Below are positions 18,061 to 30,259 of a stretch of 64,000 bases of DNA, piece after piece. Each line of letters opens with the position of its first letter. The first letter of the stretch is position 1. This DNA is from Nibricoccus sp. (GTDB lineage Bacteria > Verrucomicrobiota > Verrucomicrobiia > Opitutales > Opitutaceae): positions 3,296,001 through 3,360,000 of the forward strand of contig JASGHG010000001.1 of NCBI GenBank assembly GCA_047602425.1, in the 5' to 3' direction. Position numbers and translations under genes: made by a program. The notes below the pieces were generated by a model that had not been told where the DNA came from, did not search any database, and saw nothing but the letters and a program-made list of their open reading frames with translations.

Positions 18061-19034
18061 CGCCGCCCTGGGTTCATCGCATCGCGCTGCCGGTCGCCTT
18101 GATTCTGCTTGGGTTGCTCGCGCTGACGTCGCTGGCGATTGGAGATATGCGACTGGGTCCGGCGCGCATTTGGGCGGGTCTGACGCACGAAGACGAACTG
18201 GCGTCAATGGTCCTCTGGAACATCCGCGTGCCGCGCATGCTGGTGTCGGTTTTGGTAGGTTCGGCTCTGGCGGCAAGCGGCCTGGTGATGCAGGCCTATT
18301 TTCGCAACAGCCTGGCGAGTCCGGGCCTGCTGGGCGTTTCAAGCGGAGGCGCCGCGGGCGCAGTGGTGCTGATAGGTTTGGGCTGGGCGACGACGTCGGT
18401 TTTTGCACTTCCACTGGCGGCAATTCTGGGAGCTTTTCTCGCGACGGGCGCGGTGGTTTTGCTGGCGCGGCGCGGCGCCAGCACGGAACGGCTTTTGCTG
18501 GCGGGCGTGGCGCTGAATGCGCTGCTCGGCGCGGTGACGAGTTATGTGCTTTCGAATTTCACGCTTACCTACGACCGCAACGCGAAAATCCTTTTCTGGC
18601 TGCTTGGCGGCCTGGAGGACCGCACGTGGGAACACGTGACAATGGCCTCGCCGATTTTGCTGGCGGCTGTGCTGCTCTGGCCACTGGGGCGGCCGATGGA
18701 TTTGCTCAGCCTCGGAGCACGCGAGGCGCAGAGCCTCGGTGTCGATGTCAAACGGTTGCGGCGATGGATGCTCGTACTCTCGACGTTGCTGACCGCACTG
18801 GCGACTTCCGTGGTGGGCACCGTGGGTTTTGTCGGTTTGATCGTGCCCCATTTGTTGCGACTGCTGGTCGGACCTGAACACAAACGGCTGGTGCCGCTGA
18901 CGCTGATCGTCGGCGCCGCCTTCGTACTCGCCTGCGATTTGATCGGTCGCAGCGCAGGCGGACTTCGCGTCGGCATCGTGACCTCGTTGATTGGCGGACC
19001 CTTTTTTCTATGGCTACTGAGACGACAGGCGTGA
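18057..19034 (+). CDS. btuC: Cobalamin ABC transporter permease (FecCD family)
   Basis: IRVPRML, FRNSLASPGLLGVSSG, EAQSLGVDV, GFVGLIVPH. Confidence 0.9.
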   Translation: MTPPWVHRIALPVALILLGLLALTSLAIGDMRLGPARIWAGLTHEDELASMVLWNIRVPRMLVSVLVGSALAASGLVMQAYFRNSLASPGLLGVSSGGAAGAVVLIGLGWATTSVFALPLAAILGAFLATGAVVLLARRGASTERLLLAGVALNALLGAVTSYVLSNFTLTYDRNAKILFWLLGGLEDRTWEHVTMASPILLAAVLLWPLGRPMDLLSLGAREAQSLGVDVKRLRRWMLVLSTLLTALATSVVGTVGFVGLIVPHLLRLLVGPEHKRLVPLTLIVGAAFVLACDLIGRSAGGLRVGIVTSLIGGPFFLWLLRRQA

Positions 19035-19744
19035 CGGCGCTGACCGTGACCAACGCCTCGGTGCCGGGGCGGCTTGAAAACGTGAGCCTCTCGCTCACGC
19101 CGGGCATGCTTGCGGGATTGGTTGGCCCGAACGGCAGCGGCAAGTCCACGCTTTTACAGGTGGCAGGTGGTTTGCTTCCGTCGACCGGAAGCGTGACCTG
19201 GAACGGCCGCGAGGTGGACGATCTTGCGATCGCTGAGCGGGGCCGGCTGGCCGCGTGGGTGCCGCAGGAGGCGCGGTTCGAATTTGGGTTTTCCGTACGT
19301 TCGGTGGTTGCGCAAGGCCGGTATGCCTGGGGTGACGACGAAGCCGGTGTGGATGAGGCGTTGGAGCAACTGGACCTGACGGCACTGGCCCACCGGCCCG
19401 TCAATCAGCTCTCTGGGGGCGAACGCCAGCGTGTCATGATTGCCCGCGCGCTTGTGACGGAAGCTCCGCTTCAACTCTGGGACGAGCCGCTGGCACCCCT
19501 CGATCCGAGGCACGCGCTGGAAGTGCTCGCGCATGCGCGTCGCGTGACGCGTGCGAAAACCACGATGCTTTTTTCGCTGCACGATTTGCGCGCGGCCTAC
19601 TGTCTGGATTTTGTCGTCGTGATGCATCAAGGTCGGCTCCGTGCCGCCGGCCAACCTGAAAAAGTGCTCACGCCGGAACTCTTGATGGATGTCTTCGGCG
19701 TGCGCGCGAAGCAAATCCCCGGACTCACTTTGGAACTTCCATGA
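19031..19744 (+). CDS. btuD: Cobalamin ABC transporter ATPase
   Basis: GPNGSGKST, LSGGERQR, WDEP; GTGA overlap with the permease stop. Confidence 0.9.
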   Translation: MTALTVTNASVPGRLENVSLSLTPGMLAGLVGPNGSGKSTLLQVAGGLLPSTGSVTWNGREVDDLAIAERGRLAAWVPQEARFEFGFSVRSVVAQGRYAWGDDEAGVDEALEQLDLTALAHRPVNQLSGGERQRVMIARALVTEAPLQLWDEPLAPLDPRHALEVLAHARRVTRAKTTMLFSLHDLRAAYCLDFVVVMHQGRLRAAGQPEKVLTPELLMDVFGVRAKQIPGLTLELP

Positions 19745-20352
19745 ACAAAACACCCACTACCGCCAAGACCGAAGAACAGCACCGCGAAGACATGCAGGCC
19801 TTGCAGGCTGAGATGCGCAAAAAACTGAATGCAGCGAAGGACAAGCATGGGCTGATCATGGTCCACACCGGCAATGGCAAGGGCAAATCGACCGCCGCGT
19901 TCGGCATGGTAGCGCGGTCGCTGGCCCACGGACGAAAAGTCGGCGTTGTGCAATTCATCAAGTCGACGCCCGATGCGATCGAAAAAGTTTTGCGCGGACC
20001 CAACTTGAAATGGCACGCGGTGGGCGATGGTTTTACCTGGGACACGCAGGATCGCGCCGGCGATATCGCGAAAGTGCGCGAGGGATGGAAATACGCCTGC
20101 GAATTTTTCAACGACCCGAATGTTTCGCTGGTGATGCTCGATGAGCTCAACGTTGTGCTCTCGATGGACTATCTGCCGGTCGATGAAGTGATCACCGCGC
20201 TGAAAGCGAAGCGTGCCGACCAGCACGTCGTCATCACCGGTCGCGGTGCGCCCCAGGCGTTGATGGATCTGGCCGATCTCGTCACGGAAATGCGAGAGAT
20301 AAAACATCCCTTCAAGGCCGGCGTGAAGGCGCAGCTCGGGATCGAATTCTAA
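19741..20352 (+). CDS. cobO: Cob(I)yrinic acid a,c-diamide adenosyltransferase (CobO/CobA/BtuR)
   Basis: HTGNGKGKSTAAFG, GDGFTW, VITGR, KHPFKAGVKAQLGIEF. Confidence 0.96.
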   Translation: MNKTPTTAKTEEQHREDMQALQAEMRKKLNAAKDKHGLIMVHTGNGKGKSTAAFGMVARSLAHGRKVGVVQFIKSTPDAIEKVLRGPNLKWHAVGDGFTWDTQDRAGDIAKVREGWKYACEFFNDPNVSLVMLDELNVVLSMDYLPVDEVITALKAKRADQHVVITGRGAPQALMDLADLVTEMREIKHPFKAGVKAQLGIEF

Positions 20353-20353
20353 A

Positions 20354-20448
20354 AATCTTTATCGTTCCTCTTTATCTTTCTCTTTCTCCCGTTCTTTTCC
20401 TGAGGGCGAAGGGGAGAAAGAGGAAAGAGTAAGATAAAGAGAAAGATT
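20354..20448. repeat. Pyrimidine/purine hexamer-repeat hairpin between cobO and cobQ
   Basis: TCTTTA/TCTTTC-rich arm followed by its imperfect reverse complement (GAGAAAG/GATAAAG). Confidence 0.65.
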
Positions 20449-20456
20449 AGAAACTG

Positions 20457-21911
20457 ATGAAAGCCCTCGGCATTCTTGGCACCTCTTCGGGCGCAGGCAA
20501 ATCGTGGATCACAACGGCGGTTTGTGCCTGGTTGCGCGGCCAGGGCGTACGTGTGGCGCCCTTCAAGGCGCAGAACATGTCGAACAACGCTTGGGCTACT
20601 TTCGACGGTGGCGAGATCGCGAGAGCGCAGGCGGTGCAGGCAGAGGCCTGCGGACTGACTCCCTGTGTGGAAATGAATCCCATCCTGCTCAAACCCTCCG
20701 GCGCACAAGGCTCGCAGGTGATTTTGCAAGGCCGGGCAAAACCACATAAAACCGCCAGAGACTATTACGGCAATTTCGACGAACTCTGGACGCTGGTGCG
20801 CGAGACGCTCGATGGCTGGCGAAGCAAATGCGACGTGCTTGTCCTCGAAGGCGCGGGCAGTCCGGTGGAGTTGAATCTGATGGAGCACGACCTCGTGAAC
20901 ACGCGTCCGTTGCGGTACCTCGATGGTCGCTCGTTGTTGGTTGGTGACATTGACCGCGGGGGCATTTACGCGCAGTTGGCCGGAACATGGCAGCTTTTGC
21001 CGGCGGAAGATCGTGCGCGGCTGCTGGGCGCGGTGGTGAACCGTTTTCGCGGCGACATCGGCTTGTTTCCCGACCCAAACCACTGGCTCGCACCCCATGC
21101 GCCCGGTTTCAGGATTCTAGGCACCGTGCCGCTGCGTCCGGATTTGCAACCTGAGGAGGAGGATGGCCTGGCGCCGGGCGACGAGGATCGTGGGCAGGGC
21201 GAAATGATTGCCTGGATACGTTTGCCCCATGTGGCGAACCTGACCGACTGCCAGCCTTGGTGGGACGACGAAGGAGTTCGTACGCGCTGGGTGCAAACCG
21301 CGAACGAGCTGACGGCCGCGCGCGCGGTTATCATTCCAGGAACGAAGAATACTTTAGCGGATTTGCGATGGTTGCGTTCGACCGGTCTCGCTCGGGCGAT
21401 CGTCAAGGCGGCACGTTCGGGCGTGCCGGTTATCGGACTTTGCGGCGGTTATCAAATCCTCGGGGAACATCTTTCCGATCCCGCCGGTGTCGCCGGCGAT
21501 TCGGGCGAAGAGGAGGGCCTGGGACTGCTGCCAATCCGAACTGTTTTCGAGAAGGAAAAATTTGTGCGGCAGGTCACCGCGATTTGCGGGGAACGCCGCT
21601 GGCAGGCTTACGAAATGCACATGGGGCGGACCCGCGCGACGCGCGAGCATACACCCTTGTTACTGGTTGAGGATGGTTCGGGGACTCATCCGGAAGGAGC
21701 GAAGGCCGGCAGTGTCTGGGGAACCTATTTGCACGGCTGGTTCGAGGCGCCGGAGACGCGGAAACTCGTCACGGCGGCCGCCGGGATCAGCGGTCACCGC
21801 GCCTGTGCCGCGACTTGGGTGGAACAACGGCAGAAAATTTATACGGAGATGGCCCGGCATCTCACGGCCCACGTCGATCTCGATCCAGTCCGCCGATATC
21901 TCGGACTTTGA
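20457..21911 (+). CDS. cobQ: Cobyric acid synthase (CobQ/CbiP)
   Basis: GTSSGAGKS, PFKAQNMSNN, EGAGSPVELNL, GLCGGYQILG, GTYLHG. Confidence 0.96.
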   Translation: MKALGILGTSSGAGKSWITTAVCAWLRGQGVRVAPFKAQNMSNNAWATFDGGEIARAQAVQAEACGLTPCVEMNPILLKPSGAQGSQVILQGRAKPHKTARDYYGNFDELWTLVRETLDGWRSKCDVLVLEGAGSPVELNLMEHDLVNTRPLRYLDGRSLLVGDIDRGGIYAQLAGTWQLLPAEDRARLLGAVVNRFRGDIGLFPDPNHWLAPHAPGFRILGTVPLRPDLQPEEEDGLAPGDEDRGQGEMIAWIRLPHVANLTDCQPWWDDEGVRTRWVQTANELTAARAVIIPGTKNTLADLRWLRSTGLARAIVKAARSGVPVIGLCGGYQILGEHLSDPAGVAGDSGEEEGLGLLPIRTVFEKEKFVRQVTAICGERRWQAYEMHMGRTRATREHTPLLLVEDGSGTHPEGAKAGSVWGTYLHGWFEAPETRKLVTAAAGISGHRACAATWVEQRQKIYTEMARHLTAHVDLDPVRRYLGL

Positions 21912-21935
21912 GTGGCAGGAATTGTCGCGCAGAAT

Positions 21936-21963
21936 AAAAAAGCCGGGCGCGGAGCCCGGCTTT
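21936..21963. terminator. Intrinsic terminator between convergent cobQ and the sigma factor gene
   Basis: AAAAAAGCCGGGC-GCGGA-GCCCGGCTTT. Confidence 0.75.
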
Positions 21964-21991
21964 CGAAATGGTGCAAAGTGGCGGCGGCTTT

Positions 21992-22759
21992 TTAGGCGTA
22001 TGCGATGGCTTGGCAACCGTAGACGACGCGCGAGGCCACGAAGAAATCCTCTGGACCGGCTTCGGCGTCGAATTCCGGGGCTGTCTCGCTGAGCAGCTTG
22101 CGCAGATTTTCGCGGGCGCGGGCGATGCGGCTTTTCACTGTGCCGACATTGATACCGAGAGCGCGGGCGATCTCATCGTAGGGAAGGTTGAGAATATTGC
22201 GCATCGTCAGAATCTCACGGTGGCGTGAATCCAGTTTTTCCATACAAGAGGAAATCAGCTCGGTGAATTCCTGCGTGACGGTTTCCTGGACCGGGCTGTG
22301 CGTGTCGGCGGCGATCAAATCGGAGAAAGTGCCTTCGGACTCCTCGTTGAGCGGTCGCTCAAGCGAAACGGAATCCTGACGACGGCGGCGGAAGAAATAC
22401 CAGTAGCGATTGCGTGAGAGATTGAGCGCGATGCGGTAGAGCCAGGTCGCGAGCGAGGAATCGCCGCGGAAATTGGCGAGACCGCGATGCGCGCGAATGA
22501 AGGTGTCTTGGGCGATTTCCTCGGCATCGGCGGCATTGCGGAGGAGATTGTGAGCGAGACCGAAAATCTTGCTATGGTAACGGTCCATGATTTCGACGAA
22601 CGCAGATTCTTCGCCTCGGTTGAAGCGAGCGATCAGTTCGGAGTCATAAGCGGCTTCCTGGGCGGAATCGGATTGTGCGGCTTTGCTAGTGAAAGGCGGC
22701 AGAGTGTTGCAAAGCTGGCGTGGAGAGGCTGGGCGGGTGATAGATTGTGGCATATTCAA
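21992..22759 (-). CDS. ECF-type sigma-70 factor
   Basis: DAEEIAQDTFIRA, FRGDSSLATWLYRIALN (region 2), YDEIARALGINVGTVKSRIARAR (region 4). No adjacent anti-sigma gene. Confidence 0.93.
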   Translation of the reverse strand: MNMPQSITRPASPRQLCNTLPPFTSKAAQSDSAQEAAYDSELIARFNRGEESAFVEIMDRYHSKIFGLAHNLLRNAADAEEIAQDTFIRAHRGLANFRGDSSLATWLYRIALNLSRNRYWYFFRRRRQDSVSLERPLNEESEGTFSDLIAADTHSPVQETVTQEFTELISSCMEKLDSRHREILTMRNILNLPYDEIARALGINVGTVKSRIARARENLRKLLSETAPEFDAEAGPEDFFVASRVVYGCQAIAYA

Positions 22760-23316
22760 GAGGGCTCCAGTTGCTGTTCGATGCCTCTCTTAAACCTCAT
22801 CCCGTGCCACGTTGTTAAAATACTTAAAAGCAGCTTAATACCAACAGTTTAAAATACTGATATAACCGCGACGGTCGCTGATTCCGTGCACTTTGAATGG
22901 CGTGGTTTTAGTAAATCTTGCAAAATGCAAGACGTCGCTCCCGAGTTTTTGAGCGAATAACCGGCCGCAGTATCTAGGCCTTTCTGGGGTTTCCCTAACG
23001 CGTCAGCAAATTTCTCTCTTAGTACGCGGCCAATTGAAGAAGTGCCACGATTCTCGATTTAAAGTTTAGATCTGGGCCGTAGGATAAGAGCCACACCATC
23101 GCACAACGGAAGAACGTGGGTCTAGCGATGGTGATCCACGTGCGATGATCGAGCCGAGCCCATATAAAGTCAGTGGGGCAGCGACTTCCGAATCGCGACA
23201 TTGGCTGAAAGAGAAGTGAAATGCTTTTGGTTCGGTCGACAGGACTCTCGGAAAGACGAACGAGGGAAAACGCCTAGGCCGGTAACGTTGCGGCCGGCAA
23301 CTTCGTCTAGCTTGGT

Positions 23317-24480
23317 ATGCCTTCGTCTCCAGCTGCCTCTCGGACCCCATTTGCTCGTATTTCGCGGGCACCTCACACGCCGATTCACCGCTGGCCGAAT
23401 TCAACGGCTGAAACAGCAGGGCAATGCGACTTGGCGCAGCAGGTGGTTTCGCTCGTACCGCAGCCCGGAGAAATGACGGACGCCTTCGTCTCGCGCGTGG
23501 CGGAGGAATTGAAACGTCGCGGCGCGTCGGTTTTGATGGTGATGGCTTACGGTTCGGTTGAGATGCATGACGCCGTCATGGAGTCGCTTGGACGCGCGGC
23601 GGGCGGCATCGATTGGCCCATTCTTTGGGTGGAAGGTGCAAATTGTTTTGGCGGACCATTGGCTGGATTTCAGATTTTTGTCCTGCCGGGGCGAAAGATC
23701 GAGCGTCTGCGTTTTGGTGGACGTGTGATTGGTTCGGTATTTAACGATGGCAGCGCCCGACACTGTTTGATGGCAGGTCTTGCGCCTGCCGGCGTATTGG
23801 CGTCGCGAGTCACGCAATGCGAAGAGCTTTTCAAAAGCGCGTCCCGCGTCCTGGCAGAAGCTGGTTTTTCCTATGGCGACGTCGCGCGCACTTGGTTTTA
23901 CAACGACGAAATTCTTTCGTGGTACGACGATTTCAATCGCGTGCGCACGGCATTTTATGCGCAGCACAAGTTTACTTGCGGCTCGCTTCCGGCGAGCACG
24001 GCGGTGCGGGGGCGTAATCCCCGCGGGGCGGCGCTCGTTTTTGGAGCTTGGGCGGTGGTTGAGGAAACTGCAGAGGCAAGCGTTCAAGAAGTGGCCTCGC
24101 CGCTGCAATGTCCGGCGCCGGCTTACGGAAGCTCGTTTAGCCGGGCCACGGAAATTGTCTCGGGCGGCGTGAAGCGTCTGCTGGTTTCCGGTACGGCGAG
24201 TATTGAGCCCGGCGGCAAGACCGTCTGGCAGGGCGACGTGGTAAAACAAATTGCGCTCACCATGGAGGTGGTGGAGGCGATTTTGCGTCCGCGCGGGCTG
24301 AATTTTGAAAACGTGACTCGGGCGACGGCCTATTTCAAGCACGCGCAGGATGTCATGGTTTTCCAGAACTGGTTGGCGGAACGGGGCCTGAACGCCATGC
24401 CGGTGGTACCGGTGCACTGCGATATTTGTCGCGACGATCTCCTGTTTGAGATCGAACTCGACGCGTGCGCGACTGCTTGA
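23317..24480 (+). CDS. Multi-domain Rid (YjgF/L-PSP) family protein, FkbO/Hyg5-like; start uncertain
   Basis: RTWFY...FNRVR...PASTAV, SFSRA, LVSGTASI, CDICRDDLLFEIE. Confidence 0.75.
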   Translation: MPSSPAASRTPFARISRAPHTPIHRWPNSTAETAGQCDLAQQVVSLVPQPGEMTDAFVSRVAEELKRRGASVLMVMAYGSVEMHDAVMESLGRAAGGIDWPILWVEGANCFGGPLAGFQIFVLPGRKIERLRFGGRVIGSVFNDGSARHCLMAGLAPAGVLASRVTQCEELFKSASRVLAEAGFSYGDVARTWFYNDEILSWYDDFNRVRTAFYAQHKFTCGSLPASTAVRGRNPRGAALVFGAWAVVEETAEASVQEVASPLQCPAPAYGSSFSRATEIVSGGVKRLLVSGTASIEPGGKTVWQGDVVKQIALTMEVVEAILRPRGLNFENVTRATAYFKHAQDVMVFQNWLAERGLNAMPVVPVHCDICRDDLLFEIELDACATA

Positions 24481-24564
24481 GGTTTGAGCTCGGTCAAGGA
24501 GTCGGCGCAATCGCTCGATTTGAGTTGAAAAACGGCGCGGTTCGCATCCTTGGTATGCCTTCAC

Positions 24565-24662
24565 CTCGTTTAGGCGAGCCCGGAGCTCCGGGCTGAGATT
24601 GAGGCAAGATCGGCCTCTAAAGTCTTCGAACCTGATGCGCTTAACACCGCCGTAGGGAAAAC
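24565..24662 (+). ncRNA. TPP riboswitch
   Basis: AGGCGAGCCC..GGGCTGAGA..GTCTTCGAACCTGATGCGCTTAACACCGCCGTAGGGAA directly upstream of thiC. Confidence 0.9.
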
Positions 24663-24713
24663 AGGAACCGGATGCGAAAAGCGACGGAACTTGCGACCCG
24701 ATCAGCGGAGTAG

Positions 24714-26860
<2,147 letters not shown>

Positions 26861-26865
26861 GTCGT

Positions 26866-26960
26866 GAAAATCTCAAGCGGCAAAATTCCAAATCACAAAA
26901 TGACTGGCTGCGAGCCAGTGGCTAATTTCTGGGTTTCGATCCTTTGGAATTTGGCATTTC
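26866..26960. repeat. Heptamer-repeat hairpin between thiS and the tenI-like gene
   Basis: CAAAATTCCAAATCACAAAA ... TTTGGAATTTGGCATTTC, with arms like those of the hairpin in the B12 riboswitch. Confidence 0.65.
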
Positions 26961-26964
26961 CCCA

Positions 26965-27597
26965 ATGAAATTGGCTGTGATTTCTCCCGAAGGCTACGAG
27001 CCACGCGAGCACGCGGTGCTGGCGGCACTGTTTGCGGCCGGACTTGAGCGATATCACGTGCGAAAACCGCAGTGGACGGAGCACGTATTACGAAACTTCG
27101 TCCGATTAGTCCCGGAAAAATGGCGCGCGCGGCTGGTGTTACACCAATACCACGCGTTAGCGGAGGAGTTTGGTTGTGGTGGTGTGCATTTCAAGGATTC
27201 CGAAGGCAAGGTGCGCCCGCCGGGTGTGCCGCGGTTTTCGGACGGCCATGCGGCTCAGCCTTGGGTCAGTCGTTCGTGTCACACACTCGCCACTCTGTCG
27301 TCAGCAGTCGGTTGTTTCGATTCGGTGTTTTTCAGCCCGGTGTTTCCTTCGATTTCCAAGCCTGGCTACGAACCAGCCACCGCTGTGAATGAGGTCGCGG
27401 ATTTTCTTGCAGGCCGAACCGATTCGCAGCGCCAAACCACCGTCTTTGCGCTCGGAGGCGTCACGCCGGGGAATGCGGCTCGTTGCGCCGATTTGGGATT
27501 TGACGGTGTCGCGGTGCTCGGAGCGCTTTGGCAGGCTTCGGAGCCACTGAAAGTTTTCGAACAGCTTCAACACGCTCTCTCTGCTCATGCCGCTTAA
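26965..27597 (+). CDS. Thiamine-phosphate synthase superfamily protein (TenI/ThiE-like)
   Basis: YHVRKP, SRSCH, FFSPVFPSISKPGY, ALGGV, GVAVLGALW. Confidence 0.85.
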   Translation: MKLAVISPEGYEPREHAVLAALFAAGLERYHVRKPQWTEHVLRNFVRLVPEKWRARLVLHQYHALAEEFGCGGVHFKDSEGKVRPPGVPRFSDGHAAQPWVSRSCHTLATLSSAVGCFDSVFFSPVFPSISKPGYEPATAVNEVADFLAGRTDSQRQTTVFALGGVTPGNAARCADLGFDGVAVLGALWQASEPLKVFEQLQHALSAHAA

Positions 27598-28237
27598 TCC
27601 GCACAAATATTCGGTGATGTGCATCACGCTCGACGGGCTTGCGCTTTCGCATGAAGAGCAGGCCGCGCGACTCTGCGAAGCGGGAGCGCGGTGGATTCAG
27701 TTTCGCCACAAAGGCGCGACGCTCGAAGCTTGGACGAAACTTGCGCGCGAAGTTGTCTTGGTGTGCCGTTCGCATGGTGCCGTTTGCATTGTCAACGACA
27801 GCGTAGACGTGGCGCTTGCGTCGGGCGCGGACGGCGTTCACCTCGGCAAACAGGATGAAGATTGGGTAACGGCGCGCCGCCGGCTGGGCCGCAGCCTTTT
27901 GCTCGGCGGCACGGTGAACAACGCCGACGAGGCCGCGCGCGCAATTCTGGCCAACTGCCTCGACTATGTAGGCGTTGGTCCGTGGCGGTTCACCCACACG
28001 AAGCAAAATCTTGCGCCCATACTCGGTGAAGCGGGGGTACGTTCGCTTGTGGCGATGTTGGATGGTTTGCCGGCATGGGTAATCGGTGGCATCGAGCCGG
28101 CGGACCTGCCGGCGATACGCGCGACCGGCGCGGCGGGCGTTGCCGTGTCATCAGGCCTTTTTCGGGACGGCCAAGTGACGACCAATTTCAAGAACTACGC
28201 GCACGCGTGGTTGGACGATCAATCCTGCTCCATCTGA
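27587..28237 (+). CDS. thiE: Thiamine-phosphate synthase
   Basis: WIQFRHK, IVND, GVHLGKQD, YVGVGP.RFT.TK, IGGI. Confidence 0.93.
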   Translation: MPLNPHKYSVMCITLDGLALSHEEQAARLCEAGARWIQFRHKGATLEAWTKLAREVVLVCRSHGAVCIVNDSVDVALASGADGVHLGKQDEDWVTARRRLGRSLLLGGTVNNADEAARAILANCLDYVGVGPWRFTHTKQNLAPILGEAGVRSLVAMLDGLPAWVIGGIEPADLPAIRATGAAGVAVSSGLFRDGQVTTNFKNYAHAWLDDQSCSI

Positions 28238-28240
28238 ATA

Positions 28241-29035
28241 ATGATGAAACCTCAACCACTCGTTATCGGCGGAATCGAATTTTCCTCCCGGCTTTTTCTT
28301 GGCACCGGCAAATATAGCTCGGGCCGGGCAATGGCGGAGAGCCTTGCCGCTTCGGGCACGCAACTGGTGACGGTCGCGCTACGCCGCGTGCATGCCGACC
28401 AATCCTCCGACGAAATTATTTCGCATCTCGACCGGGATCGCTACCGGCTCATGCCAAATACCTCGGGCGTGCGCGATGCGAAGGAGGCGGTGCTCGCCGC
28501 CGAACTTGCCCGCGAGGCCTTGGAAACGGATTGGGTGAAACTCGAAATTCATCCCGACCCGAAATATCTCATGCCCGATCCGGTGGAGACATTGAACGCC
28601 GCGCGTGAGCTCGTGAAGCGAGGTTTCACCGTGCTGCCTTACGTGCATGCCGATCCGGTGCTCTGCAAGCAACTCGAGGAAGCGGGTTGCGCCGCGGTCA
28701 TGCCGCTTGGTGCGCCGATCGGCAGCAACCGCGGCCTGGAGTCGCGCGCGTTTTTGGAAATCATCATTGCCCAGAGCAACGTACCTGTGGTGATTGACGC
28801 TGGTTTGGGCACGCCCTCGCATGCGGCGGCGGCGCTTGAAATGGGCGCGGATGCGGTGTTGGTGAACACGGCGATCGCTGCTGCAACCGATCCGACCGCT
28901 ATGGGTCATGCATTCAAGCTCGCTGTCGAAGCCGGACGCATTGCGTACGAATCGGGCCTCGCAGCGACATCCGTTAAACCGGTCGCACAGGCGACGTCGC
29001 CGTTGACATCATTTCTCAGCGAGGTGGGCGCATGA
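28241..29035 (+). CDS. thiG: Thiazole synthase
   Basis: [38 protein letters not shown]. Confidence 0.97.
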   Translation: MMKPQPLVIGGIEFSSRLFLGTGKYSSGRAMAESLAASGTQLVTVALRRVHADQSSDEIISHLDRDRYRLMPNTSGVRDAKEAVLAAELAREALETDWVKLEIHPDPKYLMPDPVETLNAARELVKRGFTVLPYVHADPVLCKQLEEAGCAAVMPLGAPIGSNRGLESRAFLEIIIAQSNVPVVIDAGLGTPSHAAAALEMGADAVLVNTAIAAATDPTAMGHAFKLAVEAGRIAYESGLAATSVKPVAQATSPLTSFLSEVGA

Positions 29036-30201
29036 GCTTTGTCGACGTTTGGAAGCAGCACGACTTCACGTCGATCGGTCGTGCGATTAAATCGAAGACC
29101 GCGGCGGATGTTCGCCGTGCGCTCGACCGCGTGAATGCCGGGTTGGATCTCGACGATTTGCAGGCATTGCTGTCGCCGGCTGCGGTGCCGTTTTTGGAGG
29201 AGATGGCGCAGCTGAGTCACCGACGCACGATCGAGCGTTTTGGTCGCACGATGCAGATTTTCGCGCCAATGTACCTCACCAACGTGTGCAACAACGTATG
29301 CACTTACTGCGGTTTCAGCGCACAGAACAAAATTCCGCGCGTCATCCTTAATGATGAACAAATACGCGCGGAGGCGGCGGTGCTTGCGACCCGCGGCATC
29401 GAGCACGTGCTGTTTGTCACGGGCGAATCCAAACGGGCGAGTCGCGAATATTTTGAAAACGCATTGCGGATTTTGCGTCCCTCATTCGCGAGCCTATCGA
29501 TGGAGGTGCAGCCGATCAGCGAGGACGATTACGCGGCGCTCGCTCGCGCCGGACTGAGCGCGGTGATCGTTTACCAAGAGACCTATGACCCGGCGGCGTA
29601 TAAACAACACCACTTGAAAGGACCAAAGGCCGATCTGATTTACCGGCTCGAAACCCCGGACCGTCTCGGTCGCGCGGGCTTGAAGAAGATTGGACTTGGC
29701 GCGCTCTACGGACTGAGCGACTGGCGCGCGGACGCGTGGTTCACCGGCCTTCACCTCCGCTACATGGAGAAACAGTATTGGCGGACGCGCTACAGCATGT
29801 CGTTTCCGCGACTGCGTCCACATGCGGGGGCGGAGATTGAAATCGTACCGACCACGGAACGGGATTTAGTCCAGGCCTTTTGTGCGTACCGACTGTTTAG
29901 TCGTGAGCTGGAGCTCACGCTTTCAACACGGGAACGACCGGAGTTTCGCAACCACGCCATCCGGCTCGGGGTGACGACGATGAGCGCCGGGGTAAAAACG
30001 AATCCCGGCGGTTATGCCGCGGATCAGGAAACGCTCGAGCAGTTCCAAATCAGCGACGAACGCTCAAGCGACGAGGTCGCGGCGTATCTGCGCAGTCAGG
30101 GCTACGAACCAGTTTGGAAAGACTGGGACGCGGCGTATGACGGCATGCAGCAACCCTTTTTGTCACAGGAGAGAACGGAGATGGTGGAATCGAGGATTTG
30201 A
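29032..30201 (+). CDS. thiH: 2-iminoacetate synthase (radical SAM tyrosine lyase)
   Basis: [10 protein letters not shown] (CxxxCxxC), YQETY, SFPRLRP, LSTRE, TNPGGY, PVWKDWD. Confidence 0.95.
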   Translation: MSFVDVWKQHDFTSIGRAIKSKTAADVRRALDRVNAGLDLDDLQALLSPAAVPFLEEMAQLSHRRTIERFGRTMQIFAPMYLTNVCNNVCTYCGFSAQNKIPRVILNDEQIRAEAAVLATRGIEHVLFVTGESKRASREYFENALRILRPSFASLSMEVQPISEDDYAALARAGLSAVIVYQETYDPAAYKQHHLKGPKADLIYRLETPDRLGRAGLKKIGLGALYGLSDWRADAWFTGLHLRYMEKQYWRTRYSMSFPRLRPHAGAEIEIVPTTERDLVQAFCAYRLFSRELELTLSTRERPEFRNHAIRLGVTTMSAGVKTNPGGYAADQETLEQFQISDERSSDEVAAYLRSQGYEPVWKDWDAAYDGMQQPFLSQERTEMVESRI

Positions 30202-30247
30202 AAACTTGTCCGATCTCCTCTGTTTTCTCAGTTCACTCCTGTAAAAA
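30157..30247. repeat. 9-nt-period inverted-repeat element overlapping the thiH 3' end
   Basis: ACAGGAGAGAACGGAG ... CTCTGTTTTCTCAGTTCACTCCTGTAAAAA; related to 12088-12218. Confidence 0.55.
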
Positions 30248-30259
30248 TCGAATCGGAAA

